A stretch of DNA of 38,181 nt. Origin: Patescibacteria group bacterium. Its GTDB lineage: Bacteria > Patescibacteriota > Gracilibacteria > BD1-5 > UBA2023. Location: contig JBAQKV010000073.1 in assembly GCA_049301335.1 (NCBI GenBank), positions 1 to 38,181 of the forward strand, written 5' to 3'. A program made the translations under genes and the position numbers. Under the pieces are notes generated by a model that searched no databases, was not told the origin of the DNA, and saw nothing but the letters and a program-made list of their open reading frames with translations. How positions within the stretch are numbered: the first letter of the stretch is position 1; each line of letters starts with the position of its first letter. This document shows positions 25,485 to 33,222 of the stretch, piece by piece.

Positions 25485-26723
25485 ATGTTCGTGACCATAA
25501 CCGCGCTCTTCGCGCTGGCAATGGCGGCGATTATTTGGGAACACCAGCTCGGCTTCGACAAGGCGAAGAGCTGTTTGTTTCTAGGTACTGCCGCTTGGCT
25601 TCTTCTTTACGTTGCAATGCCGGATAAAACGGCGTTGCACCATATGTTCGAAGAGAACGTACTTGAAGTGTCCATGCTGTGGATGTTCCTTATTTCGGCC
25701 ATGACGTTCATTGCGTACTTGAACGAAAGGGGATTCATCGAAACCGCGGTATCCAAGGTCCTGCCCTCTCGCATTACGGAGAAAAGATTTCTGTTCGCGT
25801 TGGGGACGTTCATTTTCTTTTTCTCTTCGGTAGCGGACAACCTGACCGCGACTCTCGTAGGGATGAGCGTTCTGCTTTCCTTGCCGATCAAAAAGGAAAA
25901 ACTCATTCCTTTCGGCGTAGGCATCGTGTTCGCGGCGAATGCCGGCGGAGTCGCTCTCATTACGGGCGACGTTACGACGCTTATGATCTTCGAAGCGAAG
26001 AAGATCGAGATGGGACCTACGGCCTGGTTGTTCATTCCTTCTTTCATCTCGACGATGCTGCTTTTCGCTACGCTGGCATCCAATCTCAAAGGATCGCTCG
26101 TTATCGAAAAAACCCATGGCAAGCTCGCACGCGTTGACGGCATCATCGCCGCAGCGTTCCTGTCCACCATCGCAGCGGTCATCGTCGGGCACGTGTTCTT
26201 CCACGTACCTCCGATGCTGACGTTTCTCTTCGGTTTGTCCGTAATGTTCGCTATCGGATGGGCACACAAAAAGAGGCGCGGCGAAGATCTCGAACTTCTG
26301 CATTACGTGCGGAAAATCGAGTTCGAAGTGCTGTTTTTCTTTTTGGGAATCCTGTTTTTGGTAGGCGCGTTGAAGGAAGTAGGCGCGTTGTCGTACGTGT
26401 CTGACGTTTATGGCCAAATGCCTGTCCAATACGCGAGTTACCTCATCGGTTGGCTCAGCGCGTTGGTGGACAATATCCCGCTTACCGCCATTTTGCTCAA
26501 GTCCGAAATTCCGGGAATGCAGCAGGCCGATTGGCTGGCTCTCACGTATTCCGTGGGTGCTGGCGGTTCGCTCCTCGTAGCGGGTTCGGCGGCGGGGGTG
26601 GTGGCCATGGATAAAATCAAAGGACTGACTTTTGGCGCATACTTGAAGTATCTTCCGCACCTTGCGGTGGCGTATTCGGTAGGGTATGTGGCGACTTATG
26701 CCACTGCCAGACTCGTTACGTAA
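25485..26723 (+). CDS. ArsB/NhaD-superfamily ion transporter (NhaD-type Na+/H+ antiporter-like, 412 aa)
   Basis: About 11-12 hydrophobic segments. The family assignment rests on general resemblance ('VADNLTATLV', 'GGSLLVAGSAAGVVAM') and is not verified. TAA stop. Noticeably lower GC and GC3 than neighbouring genes. Confidence 0.55.
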   Translation: MFVTITALFALAMAAIIWEHQLGFDKAKSCLFLGTAAWLLLYVAMPDKTALHHMFEENVLEVSMLWMFLISAMTFIAYLNERGFIETAVSKVLPSRITEKRFLFALGTFIFFFSSVADNLTATLVGMSVLLSLPIKKEKLIPFGVGIVFAANAGGVALITGDVTTLMIFEAKKIEMGPTAWLFIPSFISTMLLFATLASNLKGSLVIEKTHGKLARVDGIIAAAFLSTIAAVIVGHVFFHVPPMLTFLFGLSVMFAIGWAHKKRRGEDLELLHYVRKIEFEVLFFFLGILFLVGALKEVGALSYVSDVYGQMPVQYASYLIGWLSALVDNIPLTAILLKSEIPGMQQADWLALTYSVGAGGSLLVAGSAAGVVAMDKIKGLTFGAYLKYLPHLAVAYSVGYVATYATARLVT

Positions 26724-26740
26724 AGCGGAAAAGCCATTCG

Positions 26741-26770
26741 AACGCCCCGGAAACGGGGCGTTTTTTTTTA
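26741..26770 (+). terminator. Rho-independent terminator
   Basis: Sequence aaCGCCCCGgaaaCGGGGCGttttttttt. Confidence 0.8.
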
Positions 26771-26811
26771 AGATGGCCCCATGCTCCGCCGCCCTATTTT
26801 CATTATTTATT

Positions 26812-26839
26812 TTGACTTTCTTTTTCGTCTGCGTACATT
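26812..26839 (+). promoter_or_regulatory. Sigma70-like promoter of the PP2C-kinase-isochorismatase-vWA operon
   Basis: TTGACT (26812-26817), 16-nt spacer, TACATT (26834-26839), in an AT-rich island. Confidence 0.5.
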
Positions 26840-26843
26840 TACG

Positions 26844-26869
26844 AGTGTATTAAGTACATTTAATAGAAC
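26844..26869. promoter_or_regulatory. Operator-like motif, copy 3 (AGTGTATTAAGTACAttTAATAGAAc)
   Basis: 23/26 identical to 11480-11505, at the same position relative to the -10 box. Confidence 0.5.
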
Positions 26870-26910
26870 GGCACGGACAAATATTCACTCGTCCGATTTG
26901 CATTCAAACA

Positions 26911-26925
26911 AGTGTTATTAATACA
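26911..26925. promoter_or_regulatory. Operator-like motif, copy 4 (AGTGTTATTAATACA)
   Basis: Same AGTGT...TACA core, 67 bp downstream of copy 3. Confidence 0.4.
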
Positions 26926-26927
26926 TT

Positions 26928-26948
26928 CGTTCATTAACATTCGCGAAA
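26928..26948 (+). promoter_or_regulatory. Conserved leader element CGTTCATTAACATTCGCGAAA
   Basis: 19/21 identical to 31934-31954. Both lie about 17-20 nt upstream of a start codon. Confidence 0.4.
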
Positions 26949-26967
26949 CTACATTTAGGAGGCTTTC

Positions 26968-27747
26968 ATGCGAAACCTATTCCAAACCGCGGGAGCCTCC
27001 GTTCCCGGAAGCGACCACACCCAAGTGGGGAAGCCCTTTTGGAAAAACGATCAGGACGCCTATTTCCTGTGCCGAGAGGAGTTTTTCACCATCGGGATCG
27101 TCGCCGACGGCTGCGGATCCGGCGAATCGAGCGAAGTGGGCGCCAAAATCGGCGTCCGGCTCCTCGCCAAAGAAATCGCCGATTCCCTCATCCGCGAACT
27201 CCCGCTTTTCGAACCGGTCATCCCCTGGTGCCTCATATCCTGCCGTCTTGACGCTTGGATTGCCAACCTGGCGGAAGCCATGGGTGGAAGGACTGCGAAG
27301 ACGGTGGAGGAATTCTTCCTGTTTTCCTTCGTCGGATTCGTGATCACTCCCACGAAAACCACGGTTTTCCACTGCGGCGACGGCAGTTACGCGGTGAACG
27401 GACAAGTGACCAATCTCGGCCCCTTTCCGAACAACGCGCCGCCGTATTTCGCCTACCGGACGCTCCGGATGAATCCGGGGCTCGAAATCGGTACGGTCGA
27501 ATTCGCTACGGAAGACGTCGAATCGGTCGCCGTCGCCACTGACGGGACCGACTACTTCGCCGACTATCCCAACACCCTTGGGGAATGGCTTTCGACTGAC
27601 GCCGTTTTTAAAAATCCCGACGCGCTTCGCAGGCGGCTCGCCGTCATGAACCGCGAACGGATTATGAACGGTCTGCTCATCCCCGGTCCGCTGAAGGATG
27701 ACACGACCCTCGCCATCGCGAGGAGGAACGTCGCCTCATCGGATTGA
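26968..27747 (+). CDS. PP2C-family (PPM) serine/threonine phosphatase (259 aa)
   Basis: 'NDQDAYF', 'GIVADGCGSG', 'HCGDGSY', 'VATDGT' and 'DDTTLA' fit the PPM metal-binding aspartate pattern. AGGAGG lies 6 nt upstream. The stop is TGA 27745-27747, with an in-frame TAA four codons later (27757-27759). Confidence 0.8.
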   Translation: MRNLFQTAGASVPGSDHTQVGKPFWKNDQDAYFLCREEFFTIGIVADGCGSGESSEVGAKIGVRLLAKEIADSLIRELPLFEPVIPWCLISCRLDAWIANLAEAMGGRTAKTVEEFFLFSFVGFVITPTKTTVFHCGDGSYAVNGQVTNLGPFPNNAPPYFAYRTLRMNPGLEIGTVEFATEDVESVAVATDGTDYFADYPNTLGEWLSTDAVFKNPDALRRRLAVMNRERIMNGLLIPGPLKDDTTLAIARRNVASSD

Positions 27748-27825
27748 AATTTCTTTTAAGCCGCAAGGCTCGCCAAACCGCCGTTCATTCCCAATAACGA
27801 GGAAGGACGACAAAGGAGAAACGAC

Positions 27826-29712
27826 ATGGAAATCCTGCTCGACGGAAAACTCCTCCGCCTGAACCCCACGAAAACTGTGGGCAAGGGCGGGGAAGCCGAC
27901 GTATACGGCATCGGGTCCGGGCGGGCGGTGAAGATTTTCAAAACCCCCGACCACCCCGATTACGAAAACAATCCTACGGAAATCGAAGCGGCCCGCGCCC
28001 GCATCGCCGAACACCAGACCAAACTCGCGGCGTTCCCCAAAGGAATGCCCGGAAGCGTGGTCGTTCCGGCTTCGCTCGCGCTCGACGCCAAGACGAAGAA
28101 GGTCGTCGGCTACGCCATGCCGCTCGTTGCGAACGCCGAGGCCCTGCTCCGGTTTTCGGAACGTTCGTACCGCGAAAAGAACGCCGTAGGAGACACGGAC
28201 GTCGTCCGTCTCTTCGAACGCCTCCGTCTCGCGGTATCCGGCGTCCACCGTGCCGGTGCGGTCATCGGCGACTTCAACGACCTGAACGTGCTCGTGACTC
28301 CCAAGTTCGAGCCGTATCTCATCGACGCCGACAGCATGCAGTTCGGAAACTACCTCACCCGGGTTTTTACCGCGCGCTTCGTGGACCCGATTAAGTGTGA
28401 TAAAAACACTCCATCAATCCAACTCGCGACGCCGCACGACGAAAACTCGGATTGGTACGCCTACGCGGTCATGCTGATGCAATCGCTTTTGTTCGTCGGC
28501 CCGTACGGCGGCGTCCACGCCCCCGGCGGATCGAAACCCAAGCTCAAGGATTGGGAACGGATGCGGAAACGGGTGACGGTCTTCGATTCCGAAGTCCGCT
28601 ATCCGCGACCCGCCCGCCACTATTCCGTATTGCCGGATGACCTCCTCCACGCGTTCGAAGAAATCTTCGTCCGCGACCGGAGAGGGGAGTTCCCGGCGTC
28701 GCTCGTATCGGGCATCCGGTTTTCGAAGTGTCCGGTTTGCGGAAAGGTCCATGCCCGCGCGGCATGTCCCGACTGCGTTCCGGCCACCCCTTCGATGACC
28801 AAGGAAGTCGTGACGGCCAAGGTCGAAGCCCTCAAGGTTTTCGATGCCTCCGGCCGGATCGCCTACGCCACCGTCCAGAACGGCCGGGTGAAATACGTCG
28901 TCCACCAGGGCGACGGGTATTACCGGGAAACGGGGGAAAAGGTCGCGTCGGGAGACGCGGACCCTACGCTCCGCGTACGGATTTCGGGCAAGAAGACCGT
29001 CCTCGCGAAAGCGGGAACGGCGGTCGCGCTGTCGGAAGACGGCAAGGCCGACCGGATCGCCTGCGATTCGTTCCAGAACAAGGTTTCGGGCGTCGACGGC
29101 AATTCACGTCACGTATTCGTATCCCAAGACGGGTTCCTGAAGCGCTTCGGCGACGACGGGCTCGGCATGGAATACGGCGAAACCTTCGGGGAAATCCTCC
29201 AAGGGCAAACCCTCTTCTGGGTTTCGGACCGCATGGGATTCGGATTCTACCGGGCCGGAATGCTCTCGCGGGCGTTCGTCTTCGACCCGGAAATCCGTTC
29301 GCTCGGAAACGAAGCGAAGCTCCCCGCCATGTCCGGATCGCTATTGGACGCCACGGTCGCGTTTTCCGAAACGCACTGCTGGTTCCTCGCGTCGCTCGAC
29401 GTATCGGGCCGCCGTGTCAACCGCGCGGCGATGTTCGAGAAATCGGGGGCTCTCGTCGCTACCGCCGAAGCCGAATCCGGCGACGGTTCGTGGCTCGGGA
29501 CCATCCGCGGCAAATGCGCCGCGGGCAAACAGCTCTTTTCCCCGACCGACGACGGCATCGTCCGTACCGAGGTCTCGGGGCAGGGAATGGCGGCGACGAA
29601 AGTTTTCGCCGACACTTCCCGGTTCGTCGACTCAGAAACGAAACTGCTTTTCGGAAACGACGGGATCTACGCCGTATCCGCTTCACGCATCTGGCGCATC
29701 CGCGCCAAATAA
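27826..29712 (+). CDS. Atypical protein kinase-like protein with a central Zn-ribbon and a roughly 300-aa C-terminal domain (628 aa)
   Basis: G-loop/Lys 'VGKGGEADVYGIGSGRAVKIF', catalytic-loop-like 'HRAGAVIGDFNDLNVLV', and DFG-equivalent 'YLIDADSMQF'. 'CPVCGKVHARAACPDC' is a four-Cys ribbon. TAA stop. Confidence 0.75.
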   Translation: MEILLDGKLLRLNPTKTVGKGGEADVYGIGSGRAVKIFKTPDHPDYENNPTEIEAARARIAEHQTKLAAFPKGMPGSVVVPASLALDAKTKKVVGYAMPLVANAEALLRFSERSYREKNAVGDTDVVRLFERLRLAVSGVHRAGAVIGDFNDLNVLVTPKFEPYLIDADSMQFGNYLTRVFTARFVDPIKCDKNTPSIQLATPHDENSDWYAYAVMLMQSLLFVGPYGGVHAPGGSKPKLKDWERMRKRVTVFDSEVRYPRPARHYSVLPDDLLHAFEEIFVRDRRGEFPASLVSGIRFSKCPVCGKVHARAACPDCVPATPSMTKEVVTAKVEALKVFDASGRIAYATVQNGRVKYVVHQGDGYYRETGEKVASGDADPTLRVRISGKKTVLAKAGTAVALSEDGKADRIACDSFQNKVSGVDGNSRHVFVSQDGFLKRFGDDGLGMEYGETFGEILQGQTLFWVSDRMGFGFYRAGMLSRAFVFDPEIRSLGNEAKLPAMSGSLLDATVAFSETHCWFLASLDVSGRRVNRAAMFEKSGALVATAEAESGDGSWLGTIRGKCAAGKQLFSPTDDGIVRTEVSGQGMAATKVFADTSRFVDSETKLLFGNDGIYAVSASRIWRIRAK

Positions 29713-29860
29713 GAAATCGCGTCTGACTTCGGAATTCGCGTTCAGGACTCCGCGCCTCGTTCAACGTACCTATTCGTACGTATCGCTCCGGTGCTCGTCC
29801 TTCGCACGAATTCTATCGTCATCCGCGATTTCGACCAACTTCAACTCAAGGAGAAACATC

Positions 29861-30904
29861 ATGGCAAAACTGCCTTCTTTCTACGACCCCGCCCACGCCG
29901 CCAAGTGGGGATACGATCCGAACCTCCGCGTTCTTGCGCAGCAGGCCCAGGATTTCCGCACTTCCGGCAAGATCAAGGCCTCCGGCCTCGACGGCAAACG
30001 CGTCGCGCTTCTGCTCATCGACGTGCAGCGCGACTTCTGCTTCCCGCAGGGCACGCTCTACGTGGGTGGCCGTTCGGGAACCGGCGCCATCGACGACAGC
30101 CGCCGCATCGCCGAGTTCGTCTACCGCGAAATGGGCGCCCTGACTTCGGTCATCCCGACCATGGACACCCACTTCCCGTTCCAGATCTTCACCCCGTCTT
30201 TCTGGGTGGACCAAGACGGTAACGAACTCCTGCCGCACGACATGATCGACGGCAACCTCACCATCCTCCGCGGCGGCCAGCCTACCGGCCTGAAAGCCCG
30301 GCCGAACCCGGCCATGGCTTCCTGGCTCTCGGGCGGCAACTACGGTTGGCTCTTGAAACAGGCCGAGCACTACGTTTCGGAACTCGCGAAGGGCGGCAAA
30401 TACCTGCTCTACGTGTGGCCAGAACACTGCGTGCTCGGTTCGATGGGGCACTCCCTCGTCGGCGTCGTGCAGGAAGCCCGCATGTTCCACGCCTACGTCC
30501 GCGGTTCGCAGAACGAAGTCGAGGTGAAAGGGGGCAACCCCCTCACCGAAAACTATTCCGTTCTCGGGCCGGAGGTCGTAAGCCGTTGGGACGGCAAGGG
30601 CGCGATCGGGCAGAAGAACGCCCGCTTCGTCAAAACCCTGCTCGACTACGACGCCGTCGTCATCGCCGGCCAAGCCTCGTCGCACTGCGTCAAATCCACC
30701 ATCGACGACCTCCTCGGCGAAATCCAAGCCAAGGATCCGGAACTCGCGAAGAAGGTGTACGTCCTTCGGGACTGTACCTCCGCCGTGGTCGTTCCGGGGG
30801 TCATCGATTTCACTCCCCAGGCGGAAGCGGCCCTCGACCGTTACGCCGCGGCCGGCATGAACATCGTGGAGTCGACCTCCCCGATGCTCTCCTGGCTGAA
30901 ATAA
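29861..30904 (+). CDS. Isochorismatase-family hydrolase, long nicotinamidase-like form (347 aa)
   Basis: I place the start at ATG 29861, with AAGGAG 7 nt upstream; the track's 496-aa ORF starts in the kinase gene. 'ALLLIDVQRDFC' is present, and 'IAGQASSHCVKSTI' gives the catalytic Cys context. TAA stop. Confidence 0.8.
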   Translation: MAKLPSFYDPAHAAKWGYDPNLRVLAQQAQDFRTSGKIKASGLDGKRVALLLIDVQRDFCFPQGTLYVGGRSGTGAIDDSRRIAEFVYREMGALTSVIPTMDTHFPFQIFTPSFWVDQDGNELLPHDMIDGNLTILRGGQPTGLKARPNPAMASWLSGGNYGWLLKQAEHYVSELAKGGKYLLYVWPEHCVLGSMGHSLVGVVQEARMFHAYVRGSQNEVEVKGGNPLTENYSVLGPEVVSRWDGKGAIGQKNARFVKTLLDYDAVVIAGQASSHCVKSTIDDLLGEIQAKDPELAKKVYVLRDCTSAVVVPGVIDFTPQAEAALDRYAAAGMNIVESTSPMLSWLK

Positions 30905-31008
30905 TCCGGATACGGGTTCCGGAGCTTTCTTCCTCGCTCCGTCCTGCGGAGTCGCTCGCGCGAAACTCCGCCACCCGTTCCAAACCCATTCCATCAAGGA
31001 GAAACATC

Positions 31009-31794
31009 ATGAATTCCCAAAGCGTAAATTCCCTCTTCGGCAACGCCGCTTCCGACGGCGCTATCGGCGCCGGTGCCGTGGCCGTGCTTACCGCTCCCGA
31101 TCTCGGGGCGCAAATCCAGGCCGGCCTTGGCGTCTCGGTCGACGACGTTTCGGCCAGCGAAGTCGTGCTCGTCACGCTTCTCGTCGACGACTCCGGTTCC
31201 ATCGACGCGTCGGGGAACGAACAGACCGTCCGGGACGGATGCAATCTGGTCATGCAAGCGCTCGCTTCCTCGAAGCAGAACGACGGCATCCTGGTTTCCA
31301 TCCGCTACCTGAACGGCACCGTCCTCACCCCGTTCGTGCCGCTGGACCAAGCTCCGGTGCTCGATTCGCAGAACTACCGGGCCACCGGCGGCACCCCGCT
31401 CTACGACCAATCGGTAGTAGCGCTCGGGGGCGTCATCGCCAAAACCCAGGAGTTCCTCGATTCGGGCGTCGGTTGCCGGTCGGTCAGCCTCGTCGTCTCC
31501 GACGGCGCCGACATGCATTCCCGCCGTAACAAGGCCGCCGACGTCGCCAAGGTCGTCCGCGACATGCGCCTCACCGAGTCGCACATCGTGGCCGCCATGG
31601 GCATCGAAGACGGCTGTACCGATTTCCGCAAGGTCTTCGGCGACATGGGCGTGGATGCCAAGTGGATTCTCACCCCGGGCGACAGTCCGGCTGAAATCCG
31701 CAAGGCGTTCCAGGTCTTCTCGCAGTCGGCGGTCCGTGCTTCCCAGAGCGCCGGGTCGTTCAGCCAAGCGGCCGGTGCCGGCTTCACTTCGTAG
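31009..31794 (+). CDS. vWA-domain protein (TerY-like, cytoplasmic, 261 aa)
   Basis: MIDAS 'LLVDDSGSI' (DxSxS), 'TGGTPL' and 'VVSDGAD'. No signal peptide. The 18-nt ribosome-binding region tcAAGGAGaaacatcATG is the same as for the preceding gene. TAG stop. Confidence 0.8.
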   Translation: MNSQSVNSLFGNAASDGAIGAGAVAVLTAPDLGAQIQAGLGVSVDDVSASEVVLVTLLVDDSGSIDASGNEQTVRDGCNLVMQALASSKQNDGILVSIRYLNGTVLTPFVPLDQAPVLDSQNYRATGGTPLYDQSVVALGGVIAKTQEFLDSGVGCRSVSLVVSDGADMHSRRNKAADVAKVVRDMRLTESHIVAAMGIEDGCTDFRKVFGDMGVDAKWILTPGDSPAEIRKAFQVFSQSAVRASQSAGSFSQAAGAGFTS

Positions 31795-31867
31795 TTTCGC
31801 GAATCGAAAAACAAAACCCGAAAACCCCGAATCCCAGCGTTCGAAAGAATCGCGAAGGATCGGAAAA

Positions 31868-31900
31868 TTCCCCCGTCCCGAAAGGAGCGGGGTTTTATTT
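31868..31900 (+). terminator. Rho-independent terminator after the vWA gene
   Basis: Sequence CCCCGTCCcgaaaGGAGCGGGGttttattt, with one bulge. Confidence 0.6.
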
Positions 31901-31926
31901 GACTATCTCAATACGGTATTTATAGT
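31899..31926 (+). promoter_or_regulatory. Sigma70-like promoter of gene 31971
   Basis: TTGACT, 16-nt spacer, TATAGT, followed by the conserved leader CGTTCATTCACATTCTCGAAA (31934-31954). Confidence 0.5.
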
Positions 31927-31970
31927 TCACGCACGTTCATTCACATTCTCGAAAAGAAAGAAGGCACCCA

Positions 31971-33110
31971 ATGTCAGACCATCCGGTTTTCCACCAATCG
32001 GGCGCTCGGCCCTGGTACGACGAATCCCATAACATCGAAGCCTCCCTCAAAGGATACGTCGAATTCGCCGCGCTCGTCGCGGCGCGGCGGGAAGTGTTCA
32101 AAAAAGCCCAGGAAATTTCCGGGCAGACGTTTCCCCAGGTCATGTCCGAATGGTACCTGCTCGACGGGACGGTTTGGCTCGACTACCAGGGTAACGCCTG
32201 TCCGAGTTCCGGTTCGGACGCTTTGCCGGAAGAATTCCTGAAACGCCTTTCCAATCGGAAAATCGTCAGCAAGGAGGAATTCTTCGACCAACTCGCGTTC
32301 TGGAAACAGGACCATGAATCCGATCCGGAAAAATATCCGTACGTTTCGGTAAACTACGCCCTGGGCAAACGGCTTCCTCCGGTTTCTATTCCTTGCGCCT
32401 GCTGCAACCGGGCCTGGAAAATCGAAGATATCGCCGACATGCGCGTGCAAAGCGAAGTCGTCGAATTCCGTCCGAAAAAGTCGGAAATCGGCAAACCGCT
32501 CTCCGAACTGTGGAAGCGGTTCGAAGGACGCACCGACGCGATGTTCATCCCCATGGAAGCGCGTTACGCCGTCCGCAATATCCGGCTTATCGACCATTCT
32601 CCCAATCCGGATTTCCCTTCGCTCGAAATCAACGCGCGAGGGTACTACCCGTTGAAGGACGGGGAATCGAAAGACCACGTTTTGCGGGTGGGCGACCAGG
32701 CCGAATTCCACAAACTGGAATTCGTCCACGGCGATTGCCAGCGGCGGCGGAAGAACCGGTATTGGAAGAACGAACTCAAACGGGCGTTCGTCCAAGCCGG
32801 CTACCAAAAGGTTTCGTTTACGACGAAGCCCAGCGGGTACCATTCCGGATATCCGGATTGGTACGACGTCGCTACCGAAATTGGCGTCGTCGAAATCGGT
32901 CCGCGCAAGCGGGTGGTGCACATCGGCGTGCAAAACGTGCCAAACGCGGCCCGCCCCGACGTTCTTTTCGAGAAGGAAGACGTTACCAAAACGGAACGCT
33001 GCGTACATGCGTGGGACAAGGACAAGGTCGTGGAATACCTCCGCACCATCCTCAGTTCCGCATTGTCGCCGCGTCCGAAAAACGAAACTGAAACAACCGC
33101 GGTCGCATGA
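31971..33110 (+). CDS. Hypothetical protein (379 aa). I recognise no domain.
   Basis: Intact ORF with genome-typical codon bias. The stop is TGA 33108-33110, followed within 20 nt by a strong terminator. Confidence 0.6.
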   Translation: MSDHPVFHQSGARPWYDESHNIEASLKGYVEFAALVAARREVFKKAQEISGQTFPQVMSEWYLLDGTVWLDYQGNACPSSGSDALPEEFLKRLSNRKIVSKEEFFDQLAFWKQDHESDPEKYPYVSVNYALGKRLPPVSIPCACCNRAWKIEDIADMRVQSEVVEFRPKKSEIGKPLSELWKRFEGRTDAMFIPMEARYAVRNIRLIDHSPNPDFPSLEINARGYYPLKDGESKDHVLRVGDQAEFHKLEFVHGDCQRRRKNRYWKNELKRAFVQAGYQKVSFTTKPSGYHSGYPDWYDVATEIGVVEIGPRKRVVHIGVQNVPNAARPDVLFEKEDVTKTERCVHAWDKDKVVEYLRTILSSALSPRPKNETETTAVA

Positions 33111-33127
33111 CCGTGATTTCCCGAACG

Positions 33128-33157
33128 AAACCCCGCACCGAAAGGCGCGGGGTTTTT
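33128..33157 (+). terminator. Rho-independent terminator
   Basis: Sequence aaaCCCCGCaccgaaaggcGCGGGGtttttc. Confidence 0.7.
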
Positions 33158-33222
33158 CTTCGCCGTTTTTTGCGAAGGACGGACGGGAATGGTAGAATTT
33201 CCTCGATATTGCCCGAATTCCC

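Noticed and set aside
29414-29860. N-terminal extension of the isochorismatase ORF (the 496-aa version) and of the vWA ORF (30346..31008)
   Set aside because: The upstream parts overlap the preceding genes out of frame and are Arg/Pro/Ser-rich. Strong AAGGAG-N7-ATG sites at 29861 and 31009 mark the real starts.
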